A stretch of DNA of 62,977 nucleotides, the filler included, from Aduncisulcus paluster (taxonomy: Eukaryota): the NCBI GenBank assembly GCA_024181965.1. It is 18 parts of 18 records of this genome, joined end to end, with 100 filler letters (N's around TTAATTAATTAA, not from the genome) between each part and the next. Parts side by side here need not be neighbours in the genome. Positions count along the whole stretch, not along the records: positions 1 to 3,219 come from BQXS01011906.1; positions 3,320 to 5,137 come from BQXS01011907.1; positions 5,238 to 6,515 come from BQXS01011908.1; positions 6,616 to 8,405 come from BQXS01011909.1; positions 8,506 to 12,953 come from BQXS01011910.1; 13 more parts are not named here. One strand, written 5' to 3'. The position numbers and the translations under genes are program-made. Position 1 is the stretch's first letter. The number at the start of each line of letters is the position of its first letter. The notes beneath the pieces were generated by a model. It was not told the origin of the DNA, did no database searches, and saw nothing but the letters and a program-made list of their open reading frames with translations. Positions 1 to 11,700 of this stretch are shown piece after piece.

Positions 1-1
1 T

Positions 2-100
2 GACACATGGGAATCCTATGACAACGTTAAGGAACTTGAAGCCTTGGACAAATACCTTGAGGCTGTCAAGGACTCAGATGACGCTCTGAAGTCTCTGTAA
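2..100 (+). mobile_element. 3' end of Ty3/gypsy (chromovirus) pol, chromodomain tail (element A)
   Basis: Frame 2 reads DTWESYDNVKELEALDKYL...SL*, resembling a chromodomain C-terminus. It is followed at once by a polypurine tract AAGAAGGAGAAGGG (99-112) and TGTG. Confidence 0.75.
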
Positions 101-112
101 GAAGGAGAAGGG

Positions 113-484
113 TGTGGTTCCCCAAAATAATTCCAAATAACTACGTTATAGCTCAAAGGATAGTGCCTTGCATTCACTACAATGAGGACCTGGGTTCAAC
201 TCCCACCACCTCTACTTTTATTTCGTTATTATTTTCTTACTAACAAGCTATTTTATTTTTATTATCTAATTTTGATTAATTCGTTCTCTACTAAGGTTTC
301 TATTATTTTCTATACTTTTTATTTTCCTAATATCTTTGTTATTCATTGAAATCCCAAGTCGGTAGTTTTATAAATTATGTTGTTTTACAAACTTTGCTTT
401 CCCCTCGATAAACTTACTTTTATTTCCCCTATGTAATAGAAATCTTTATTCTAATAAATTGTCCTGCTCATTGTGCTGATCACA
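113..484 (+). mobile_element. 3' LTR of element A (~372 bp)
   Basis: Starts TGTG right after the PPT and ends GATCACA. AATAAATTG at 453-461. Sequence switches abruptly to RT coding at 485. Confidence 0.75.
142..219 (+). ncRNA. tRNA-derived Pol III cassette (degenerate tRNA, CAC at anticodon position) inside LTR A
   Basis: A box TAGCTCAAAGG (149-159), D arm GCTC/GTGC, T arm TGGG-TTCAACT-CCCA with B box GGTTCAACTCC, and TTTT at 216-219, all at tRNA spacing. Acceptor and anticodon stems do not pair. Confidence 0.7.
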
Positions 485-2712
485 ACGATATCTTAATCGC
501 CGGCAGAACCGAGGATGAGTTTCTAGACAACTTGTCAGCTGTCCTGGGAAGAGCAAGAAAATTCTCATTGAGGGTCAAGGCATCGAAATGCGTGATCGGG
601 AAAAGAGAAGTGACATACTTGGGTAGAGTAATCAACGAAACAGGTATTAAAATCGCCCCGGCCTGTTTTGAAGCTCTAGACAAACTTCGTGCGCCAAAGA
701 CAAGGAAGGAGGTCAAACAACTAATGGGGTTTCTGAATTTCTACGCCAAGACCATTAAGGATTTCCAGACAACAGTGGAACCAATCCAAAGATTGACTAA
801 CAAACAAATCAAATGGGAGTGGAGTGAAACTCAACAGAACGCTTTCGATGAGATCATAGCAAGGATGAAAGAGAATCCATCTCTGCATCATATCGACTAC
901 AATCTTCCTTTAACACTGCGAACAGATGCCTCAGACACAGGAGCTGGTGGCGTCCTGTTCCAAACAAGAGGAGGAAACGAAGAACCGGTAATGTATTTCA
1001 GCCATGTGTTTCGCAGGAACCAGACTGCATGGTCCACACATGATAAGGAAGCATACGCTATCGTGTACTGCTTGCAAAAAGCAGAATCCCTGCTTCAAGG
1101 CGTCAGGTTCGATATACAAACCGACCATAGGAATCTTCTATGGATGAATAAGTCCTCCACGGCCAGAGTAATAAGATGGACCACCTATCTAAATCAATTC
1201 GACTTCGAAATCGAACATATTAAAGGGAAGGACAACGTCGTTGCGGATACTCTCTCACGCATGATCAGTGAGACCAGAAGAGTAATCGCTGACGAACAGA
1301 CTATCCACGAATTGATAAAAGAAAGCCAGGCCACGACTCCTCCAACTTCGGAAGAATATGAACGGGAAGGAGAACTATGGGTGAGAAGCGACACCGGACA
1401 GATCTATCTTCCAGATAACGAAGATCTACACACAAAACTGATCAAACACTTCCATTCATCAATCAGTGGGCATCATTGGATTCGAAGCACCATAGATAAG
1501 CTCAAGGATTTCGGCCTTTCATGGCCAACAATGTACCTAGATGTAAGACAAGTTATAAAAGGCTGTTTAACTTGTCAGAAAATTACAGAATCAAAATTAA
1601 GCCGTAAGACTCCAACCCTATCGATATCTCACGCAGAAGCAGGACACACGTGGTTCATTGATTCGCTTGGACCCCTCCCAAGAACTGCAGATGGATATGA
1701 ATACGTAATCGCAGCTACGGATGCTTTCACACGCTACACGGAACTGTTTCCAGTCACATCCTTGACAGCGAAGGAGGCAGCGTTCCACATAATCTCACTA
1801 ATCGGAAGGCACGGGATCCCACACACGATACATACAGACCAGGGTACACAATACGCAAACTACCTGGCCGATCACTTATATGATACACTGGGGATCAAAC
1901 ACCATCGCGTGACCTCACATCACCCCACGGGGAACGGAATGATAGAGAGAACCAACCGGGAGATTAAACGACACTTGAGAGCACTGATCCTAGAATTGGC
2001 CGAGCAATGTGACTGGCCACTCATGTTGCCAATCGTAGCCAGCATTTTGAATAACCACAAACACTCAGTAACTGGAATCACACCACACGAGCTCACATAT
2101 GGAAAATTCAAGAACGAAACACTGGTCCAGGACTGGACAACACCCAGGAAAACGTCGGAGGAGGAAATGCCGAAAGGGAGAGAGGCTGAGATAGAATATG
2201 TCAGAAATCTAACAGACAACATTCTAAAACTACGCGAATACGCTAAAACTCGACAAAGAAGGAAGGAAATGAAGGACATAGGCGAGGATGAGGACAAGGC
2301 GATAAAAGTCATGGGAAAAGGCGACAAAGTATTTGTAAAGAACTACACGGAAGGAACAAAGCTCAAATCAGCACTGTTTGGCCCATATGAAGTCATAGAG
2401 AGAGTAGGAGCAAAAACATACACGATTAAGAACGAGCTAGAACCGGACGGAATCCAAACAGTCCACGATGAGGACATAGTGCCAGCAGAGATAAACAATA
2501 CCACAGAGCCGGACAGTATAAAGGCTTTAAGAGCGTCAGACAAGGGACGAAGAGTCATCCAAACAATATCTGCCCACAAAGGAAGAAAAGGACAACGTCA
2601 ATTTCGAGTCCACTGGGCAGGCCTTCCAGAAGCCAAGGATTCTTGGGAACATGAGAAAAATATCAAGGAGAGCATTATTCTCGATATTTATAAGAAGAAC
2701 AATGGCTTATAA
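485..2712 (+). mobile_element. Ty3/gypsy chromovirus pol: RT (3' half), RNase H, integrase, chromodomain (element B), 5'-truncated
   Basis: (D)DILIAG, YLG, RNase H TDAS...E...TDH...N.VAD.LSR, integrase H..H/CxxC zinc motif, D..TDQG..E core, GPY motif, chromodomain VHWAG...DSWE. Confidence 0.95.
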
Positions 2713-2741
2713 AAGCTATAGGAAGAAAGGAAGGAAGGCAG

Positions 2742-2958
2742 TGTAACGGATATAAAAGATCCGAATATATATTAAGAATATAAAATAATATAAGGAATAG
2801 AAAAGAATTATATTATTGGAATGAAATTATAAACATACAGGCAATCAGGGGGTCAAATAACCCTGATTGGCCGAACTCTGAACCCAAACAATAAATTTGG
2901 TCCGATTTTAAAACTTTTAGAATTATAGACCCCTCTAGAGTATTTCAATTTCATTACT
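2742..2958 (+). mobile_element. 3' LTR of element B (3' boundary approximate)
   Basis: PPT AGGAAGAAAGGAAGGAAGGCAG (2720-2741), then TGTAAC. AATAAATTTGG at 2890-2900. Ends near CATTAC where an opposite-strand protease ORF begins. Confidence 0.65.
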
Positions 2959-3219
2959 GTGGTTTCCAACGCAATCCATTCGTCCACTGTAGAGGTGTTC
3001 CCGTCAATGGTTTTAAAAGAAAGAGGTGTCTCAGGTTTTGTTCTATGTATCTCCTCAGAAGTAAAACGTCTCATCGTCCCGATCCAAGGGTCATATTCAC
3101 CAAGTCTTCCTTTATCCAATGCCCAGGACTTCGACATCAATGATAAGTCAGATCCCGTGTCCATGATCGCCAAGACTCCTTTGGAAGCAGCAGGGCCAAC
3201 CTTCAGTCTCACCAAAATG
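2958..3219 (-). mobile_element. Retrotransposon aspartic protease fragment (element C), interrupted by LTR B
   Basis: AIMDTGSDLSL catalytic motif and downstream flap-like KTIDG. Confidence 0.7.
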
Positions 3220-3319
3220 NNNNNNNNNNNNNNNNNNNNNNNNNNNNNNNNNNNNNNNNNNNNTTAATTAATTAANNNNNNNNNNNNNNNNNNNNNNNNN
3301 NNNNNNNNNNNNNNNNNNN
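3220..3319. other. Artificial contig linker N44-TTAATTAATTAA-N44 (recurs 17 times in the window)
   Basis: Identical all-frame-stop 12-mer flanked by N runs at every contig boundary. Confidence 0.98.
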
Positions 3320-5137
3320 GGACATCAATGAAGTGGAAGGAGATGAAACGATGGAGGAAGAAAGAGGCAAAGAAGATGACGAGTTTGCTATCGAAGTCAC
3401 CAATGAATCTAACATGTCATAATTCATTTTCTGCATCTCAGAGATTGTCACAGACACCAACTTACTCAGGGTAGCAAGAGGGGTTAAATCAGAGATGGAT
3501 GAATTCCCTGCAGAGAACGAAAGATAGGAGAGGTTATCCATGTATTGCATGCCTTCAATGGATTCCACAGTATTGGGCACAGTGAAACCAGAGATCGATT
3601 CCACTTCATCAATTCCAATGGCATCCACAAAGGATGTGTCATCACAATCTGTGCTCGAGAAACCAAGAGAAATACAAATGGATCGTTTCAACACAGCATC
3701 CATATTAAGAGACCCAAGAGTGACGTTCGGAGCAATTGTACACAGATCTCCCACATATGAGTCAGTACATGTGCATTGGTGAGTCAAGGTATTACACCCA
3801 CTACTGTGTTCGCTCTTGCACACTTGATCCCGGGAATTGACAGGACATTCAGAGGTACATTCTTTCCCATACCACCCATCAATACACATGATGGAAATGG
3901 TGTCCACTGAAATTTCTGTTCCATCAGATCCATCGGCAGCACACATCATATTGTCGGAGTACAAGTCATGACATTTCTCATACATCTCTGGAGATTCAGT
4001 GCGAACGATTAATACACAGGCAGAGTTATCAGATCCAATTGTCACAGAAACATCATGGTAGCAAGAACTGCAACATGTTGGTTCCCAATGGTCTGACCAA
4101 GATTCTTTGCAAACGATTCCTGACTCAAAGGAGAAAGATGATATCAGAGCTGAACAGTTACAAGTGTTGTCACTGGCAGAGAACGAATCCAAGGATAAAC
4201 GAGTCTTGACATCGGCAATACCATCGGCATCCATTCCACATATCATGTTATCACTAAGGTCAAGGGAGACAAGTGAAGTGAAGGAAACAGAGTAAAGGGG
4301 AGTTGGGTCGAAGATAGAGTTTGTTTTAAGATCCAAAGAAGAAAGGGAAGGTGGAAGTGTTGACACAAACCCTTCCAAATCAGAGATCTCATTCTGGTTC
4401 AAAATCAGAGAATCCAAAGATTCCAAGGAAGAGAAATCAATCGGGAATTCAAACACAGAGTTGATTATCGAGATAGATGTGATTGAAGCAGGGAAAGTGG
4501 AAATCTCTTCATTAGTGAGAACTCGACCAATATTATCCAAAGTCAACTGTTTCAATGACTCAAGACAAGAGAAGTCAATGTCTGACGTGATGTTAATGGA
4601 TGAGATCGAAATGGATTGTAAATCAGTAGGTAAGTCCTCGATGAATACAGGTCCAATTATAAGGTTATCATCAGAATCTAACAAAATCTCCTCAAGGTTG
4701 GTCAAGAATGCTAGACTGAGATCTGATGCAAGGAAGATATTGGACAATGACAAGAGTTCAAGAGATGTGGGCAAATCACTCATAGATGTGTTCCCAATCT
4801 CCAAGCCGCTGGTAGCAGTGCCATCAACAGACAAAGAGAGTAAATTCGTGGCATACGATAAGCCTTCAAACGAGTCAACATTAGAAACTGACAGAGTTGT
4901 TAATTCAAGCATATCATTGGTATTGAGGGAACAATCAGAGGGAGAATATCCAAGCTCAACACAAACAGCATTCTTCAAGTTTTCATCTGGAATATCGACG
5001 GGTAAAATCTGAACGGAACAATCATCTCCTGTCAGACCATCAATACATTCACATGTAATGGTTGAAGCAGATTCTTCCAACACTGGAATCATCCGATCGT
5101 TTTGTTGACACTCGTAACAGATCTCAAGATTTGATGC
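3320..5137 (-). CDS. Leucine-rich-repeat / EGF-like cysteine-rich surface protein (partial)
   Basis: LxxLxLxxN repeats (LESLDSLILNQNEIS, LVSLDLSDN) alternate with EGF-like C.C..G..G..C motifs. Open across the contig. Confidence 0.85.
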
Positions 5138-5237
5138 NNNNNNNNNNNNNNNNNNNNNNNNNNNNNNNNNNNNNNNNNNNNTTAATTAATTAANNNNNNN
5201 NNNNNNNNNNNNNNNNNNNNNNNNNNNNNNNNNNNNN

Positions 5238-6514
5238 CATACAACTGTTCTTCCGCTCTCAGAGCTCGAACAAGGTCAGAAGCTAACGATCTGGCCACAA
5301 AGCCTTCAAAACCGGGTAAACCAACGCACTTAAACCCGGTTGAAACATCTTCACCTCTAGCAGCAACTATAATTTCATTCATGCCCCGGTCATACTGTTT
5401 TTTCATCACACGGTCAGAAATCAAAACAAAAGGCATATAAAGACCTACGCCAAGACCTAAAAGAAGCACCTGCAAGAAAACTCCGCCCCATGCTCCTGTT
5501 GACATATATCCATTTAAAAACACGGGAGTTGTCCAATGCACGGCATGAACAACATACGGGACAACACCTAAGAAGGTAGCAGCATAAGCGATGCAATAAG
5601 CAATGGAAGGAATTAATAGAAAAGGAATTGCATAAACCGGGTTAAGGACCAAAGGGATACCGAAAAGCAAGGGTTCATTAACGTTAAACAAACAAACTAA
5701 CAAAGCTAGCTGTGAAATTCGTTTGGTTCCCGAATCACGGCCTTTCAAAAAAATAGCTATGAGCAGACTCATAGTCAGCCCCGACCCCCCAATCAGCGTA
5801 TAATTATCCAAGAACCCTTTGGTAAGAATATGTGTCGGCGCAATCCCGGATTGAATATTCATAATATTTGCAGCCATATTATCTGCTAAAACGGTACTAT
5901 CAAAAAAAGAAAGGGTATTTGGACCATGAGCACCAAAAAACCAAAGCAACTGCGAAGTAAATGTATAAATCAATCCGCTGAAAAATTCAGAACCTGAAAA
6001 ATTAACCACCACAAGCACGGCACTATGATACCAATCACTTAAGCTGTCATATCCGCTCAGTAAAATAATGTGTTTTAACAAAACAAATATTAATATAACG
6101 GCAACACAGGACGGAATTAAGGAAAGTATTTCTCGGGAAAATATATCATATCCTGACCCGGACACAGCAAGTCTGAAGCGAAGCAAAATAAACTTGTGCA
6201 GTAGATAGCTTGAAAGAGAAGAAACAAAAAAAGCCTGTGCAATCCCTCTGCCGAGAGAGGCTATTTCGGAAAAGGATGAAAAATTAATATCACCATGCAG
6301 TACAAAAAAACATGACAACGATATTACTACAAACAGATTAGGACTGACATATTCGCCAGAGTATTCTTTATTATGGATCAGTCCAAAATTGTAGCTCATG
6401 CTACAGAGTAAGACTAAAGCCGCAACGCCATATGTTCCGCTTACTACATCATGTAAAAGTTTGGTTAATGTACCGGAAAGAAGACCGGAATCTTTGAGGA
6501 ATGGAAAATTGAGC
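5238..6514 (-). CDS. Bacterial PTS EIIC (cellobiose/lactose family) fused to start of a probable EAL domain (partial)
   Basis: LLWFFGAHG, IGGSG, FNVNEPLLFGIPLVLNP and VHWTTP motifs, then a soluble C-terminal segment ending RALRAEEQLY. Frame is open to the contig edge upstream of 6399. Confidence 0.85.
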
Positions 6515-6615
6515 ANNNNNNNNNNNNNNNNNNNNNNNNNNNNNNNNNNNNNNNNNNNNTTAATTAATTAANNNNNNNNNNNNNNNNNNNNNNNNNNNNN
6601 NNNNNNNNNNNNNNN

Positions 6616-8404
6616 ATGGGAGTCAAGTCAAGCACATCACTGATAGCACTCAATCCACAGCCACTCGCAGATAATATCCTCAGACCAGAATCAATGGTTC
6701 CAGACGTCACAGCCTTTGCCAAGATCTGAACAACCAACTTATCATACTCAGCATTGGAATTGATATCTCCACTCAAGTCATACCCATCAAGGGTCAGAGA
6801 GGTCAATGAAGTGGCATATTCAAGACCTTGCAGAGTCGTGATGGAATTCACAGAACTTAAGGAAGCTGCAGAAGCTATGTCTGGTAGTGACAATGACTCA
6901 TTACTATTAGCATCCAATGGACATGACAAAACACTCCTCATCGTGGCAACACTGATTATTCCAGAGTCTAGATCATTAGTTCCTCCAGATAAACAATTAG
7001 CAACCAAGTACTGTCGAATATAATCATCGTGAACAGTGTAACATTTACCATCAGAAGACTTGGCAATGAAAGCACATTCTTTGACTGGAGGATCAGCAAC
7101 ACTGTTGTACACCTCATTCAGAACTATTGAAGGGCATTTCGTTGGATATGTTCCTGAGTCACATACATAATCATCCACATTGTTCAAAGCACAACTATTT
7201 GGAATAAAAGCATTATCCTTAACGGTTGAGGAATGAATTGGGAAGACAGTCGTTATAAATGTCCAATAATCGGTATCATCTTCTGATCTACAGAGAGGTA
7301 TGAATGCAGAATAATTTGTATTCGCAATATACATATAATACAATCCAACATTCCTAAATGAGACAGATATATCATAGATTTGTTCATTCCCATAAATAGC
7401 CAATTTATACAATCTATTCAATGTGAACAAGGATTTGAGATCATAAATATTGCCATTATAGGTAGTTAAATACTGATGAAAATATAAGACTGATAGTTGT
7501 TCAAGGAAAGAAATAGGATAAACTGATGTTACATCTGTATTTGCTCCATGGAAAAAATAAATGTTTATCAAATACTGAGCACCTTCAAAGGTTGTAATAT
7601 GGGATTCATATGAATAAAAATTCACATTTATCCCAGCCATTTCAAACTCTGTTACATCACAAAGAGGATCACTATTGCTTATAGCATCACACACTTTACC
7701 TCTGAACAATGTATCAGGGATATGAACGGAATATAACTGGTTACAATCGTCACCATACCAGGCAGATCGACAATCAGATGTAATAACATCACCATCTGCT
7801 GTTTTGACACACATTTGATTATCATTCATATCACTGGGACAGTCAGTATTGGTGTCATAAAAACAAGAATACTCACCTTGGTCATAATAATACCCTTCCT
7901 CACACTCGGCTGCATAACGACCAGGATATACCTCATTGCACTCCAAATGGTCGTCTTCAGAGATATACATGGAACATTCATTGGACAAATATCCATCACA
8001 AAGGACAGACTGGAAGGACAGACTCAGAACAACCAAGAAGATGAGGATGGTGGGAATAGAAGACCTCATTCTAACGACCAGACCAATGACAACAAGAGTG
8101 ATGGAGAGAGCAGCAACAAGGAAAAGAAGGAGAAGACCACGAAGAGGTTGTGGTAATAAAGAATGTTGATGATAGACACCCTCATCATGCGTTGAATATT
8201 GATGCGGAAATAAAGCTTTATCAACAGATAGGTTTGTAGTAAAACCAGAACTATGACTTGCAAAAGGGGTGTTATTGATGGAAACCTCAATACCGGTATC
8301 AGACACAGAGGTAGAGGAATAGAAGAAATAGTCATGAGACAAAACATCTTTAAAAGTCGATATAATGTCGCCATTTTGTGTCAAAGATGTAGAACTTCGA
8401 GGAT
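6616..8404 (-). CDS. LRR/EGF cysteine-rich membrane or secreted protein (partial)
   Basis: Hydrophobic TM/signal segments, CRSAWYGDDC EGF motif, IPD..FR / LQGLEYATSLTSLTL internalin-like LRRs. Same family as 3320-5137. Confidence 0.8.
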
Positions 8405-8762
8405 CNNNNNNNNNNNNNNNNNNNNNNNNNNNNNNNNNNNNNNNNNNNNTTAATTAATTAANNNNNNNNNNNNNNNNNNNNNNNNNNNNNNNNNNNNNNN
8501 NNNNNTGATCGTCAGAACAAAACAAGCCGGTATTTCAAACACACGAAGACCATAACGCAGTGAATTGCCCATTATTTCCATACATATCTTCGACAATGTC
8601 CGCTCACTCATAATGTCACCACAGGAAATGCAATCAGGATTAATGCTCAGAATGCCCAGCAAATATCCCGAATTATACGAAGAAATAACGGTTCCATCGC
8701 GGATTCCATAACGCTGTTCAAAGAAATCTTAGCGGTCCAAGTTGACAAAAGTTCCTAAAAAA

Positions 8763-11700
8763 TCAAGATCCAATCAACTTTTTTCGAATAATCATCTTCC
8801 TTTCTTGTTCTATCCCACAAAATTCATCAGTTGACTCAAGCCATTTAATGATATTTTCCAAGTTCACTTCTTCACGAATGACTGATGCACATACGGGATC
8901 GAGCAAGCACAAATAAATCAAAGTGGAAGACATTAAAGAAAATTTCCCCCCTACATCAGAAGGTGTAAAGTATGAAAGAGGGAATCGACATAGCATATGA
9001 GCAGGTGTAGGAGTTCTCCCTCTTCGCATCTCAATCACAAACTCAGGATCGCGGCACATCAGTCCGATAAAACACAAGGTGAGAGAGAGAGTATGAGAAA
9101 GAATCGAGGAAGCATACGACGAGGATGGAATTGCTGAAGATGAAGGATACGCAGCTGAAGATACCTGAAAGATCGAGGCTGAACAAGGGGATTTAACACA
9201 AGCAAGGGAAAGGGAAGAAAAGAAGAGATAGGAAGGCGATGGAATAGAAGAGGGAGGAGGAAGAGATGATGGGGTTGAAAAAGCTGTTGATATTTTCATC
9301 ATAAGAGGAGGTAAAGGAAATGGAGTGACAAATAGGGGAAGGGGAAAGAGAGAGAAAGGAAATGTGCTTGGAAATGAAGGAAAATGCTGACCAAAAAGAG
9401 TGGCAACATCAATAGTTTTCAAACAATTCCACATCTCGGGGTTGACCTTGAAATTTTCTTTGGTATCACTTTTCTTCTTCCTTTTCCCATGTTTAATTCC
9501 TCCCCCGCCTTGCTGTTTCGATTCAATTTTGTGTAAAGACGATGGAGAAAACCTCGGAAGAAGGGAGGGGATGATATCTTCCTGCTCTCGAGTTGACTGT
9601 GAACCAGAACTGGTACTTGGACGTGATGGAGAGGCGAAAACAGACTGAGAGGGCATATTGTGATGGGATAATATAAAAGTAAGCAATAATCTGAGTGTAG
9701 GAATATGAATATAGTCAGAAATAGAGAGAGATAGAGACTCAGTGTTTGAGTCTGAATCAGTTTGAGTTATTGAAATAGATTCAGAAAATGCGTCAGTGTC
9801 CAGTTCTTCATGACTCTTCTGTTGTTCCATTTCACGTTTCCGTTCTTTCCACGAATTATCAATCTCAAGCCATCCTTCCCAAAGTTGATCCATCCCCTTG
9901 GTTATGGACTCTTGTTCTGATCCCACCAAACTGCAAGGCATCTTTTTCTTCTTCCACACAATACCACAGTGTTCAATTTTGCCCAACTCGATTCCCAGAC
10001 ACATACATAACCACAGTATCATTGAATGGGTAAATGATGGAACCGAGACCTGTGAACGATCTTCGAACATCCCTTCAAGGATCGAGCCATACTCAGAGTC
10101 GAGAACACCCACTCTCCCACAGCCAACACAGAGTGAAAGAGAGAGAGTAAGGAGAGACGGGAAGGAAAATGACAAGAGAATATGTGAGAGGGTGGAAACG
10201 AGGGGAGGAAGAGAGGATAATAAGTTGTTCAGCAAATGAGGAGGAATGGCATCACAATATGTCGAACAATCGTCGGANNNNNNNNNNNNNNNNNNNNCGA
10301 GACCTGTGAACGATCTTCGAACATCCCTTCAAGGATCGAGCCATACTCAGAGTCGAGAACACCCACTCTCCCACAGCCAACACAGAGTGAAAGAGAGAGA
10401 GTAAGGAGAGACGGGAAGGAAAATGACAAGAGAATATGTGAGAGGGTGGAAACGAGGGGAGGAAGAGAGGATAATAAGTTGTTCAGCAAATGAGGAGGAA
10501 TGGCATCACAATATGTCGAACAATCGTCGGAAGGATTATTCGAAGCAGTGGGAGCTTGTACAGAAATACCAGAACAGACAACTGGAGTGATTGATTGTGA
10601 ACATTCAGACGTTGGTGGGAAGAGTGTCTTGGATTCTTCACATATCACACCAGAAAAAGCAGAAGGTTGAATTTCTTTGCTTCCTCGATCTGAAGTCGTA
10701 ATAACCTTAGTCAGAGAATCAGCGGAAGGCTTTGGATGAATATCTGATCCTCCTGGGTCAGAAGAAGAGTCAGAGTCATCAGATGAGGTGAACACAAGCT
10801 TCTTCTTACACTTTAATCTATGACCTTCTTTTATCCGGCTCGATGAGTGTTTTGAATTGGATAAGGGACTCAGGGGACATTCATCTTCCGACTGAGTGAA
10901 TACGACTCGATCACTCACACGCACACACTCGGCTACGCCAGAAATACATGCTGTCAATCCTCTGCAAAGCGATACAGACCAAAACACGGAAAGGAGAGAC
11001 GAAGGAGACAGCGAAGAAGAAGAAAGAAATAGGAAGGAAGAAGAGAGGATGAAGGAACATCCAGACAAAAGAGAACATGATACGATTGGTGAGAAAAGGA
11101 GGGAAGATATGGTCAAAACACACATCAAAGTATCCTTGGAATTATAAAAACCACGTTCAAGACTATCACAATTGATTGAACCCTCCTCTTTTTCATCATC
11201 TTTCTTTTTATCGTCTTTTTTCTCAATATCTCTATTTTTAGATTTAGATTGACGATAAGTGCGTATATTTTCAGCAATACCACTCTGCACATTTCCCCAT
11301 AGAGCAGTTGCACATGCACATACCCCAGATAACCAGACCCAAGCCTCATCTTCACATACACACTCACATACGCAGCGGCAGAGGACTGAGATCCCACCAC
11401 TGAGTGTGAATAGAGGGAGGAGAATGGGCGAAGTAACAATTGGCATCAGTGAATCACAAATAAGTTGCAAACAATGGGAAGGAGCAAATGAAAGTGAAGC
11501 CAAAGATAGACATGAAGTTATATACGACATTGGAAGAATCAGAGATGAGATAAACCCATCAAGCTGATCCACAGGAAAGGTTGCTGTCGAGTCTACGAGG
11601 GGAGTCGACTCTGTTGCTCTTGGATCAAGTGACAATGACGAAGCAAAATCTGAACACGGTGAAGCAAAGCCACTTACGTATGTTGTATCCGAAGAAGAAC

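Noticed and set aside
142..214. Functional tRNA-Val(CAC)
   Set aside because: Acceptor and anticodon stems cannot pair; kept only as a tRNA-derived promoter cassette.
3264..3275. Recurring TTAATTAATTAA motif as a biological repeat or CRISPR-like array
   Set aside because: Synthetic all-frame stop linker. Adjacency across linkers carries no biological meaning.
10047..10530. Apparent tandem duplication inside the SCAPER-like gene
   Set aside because: Identical copies flank a 20-N scaffold gap, so this is an unmerged contig overlap.
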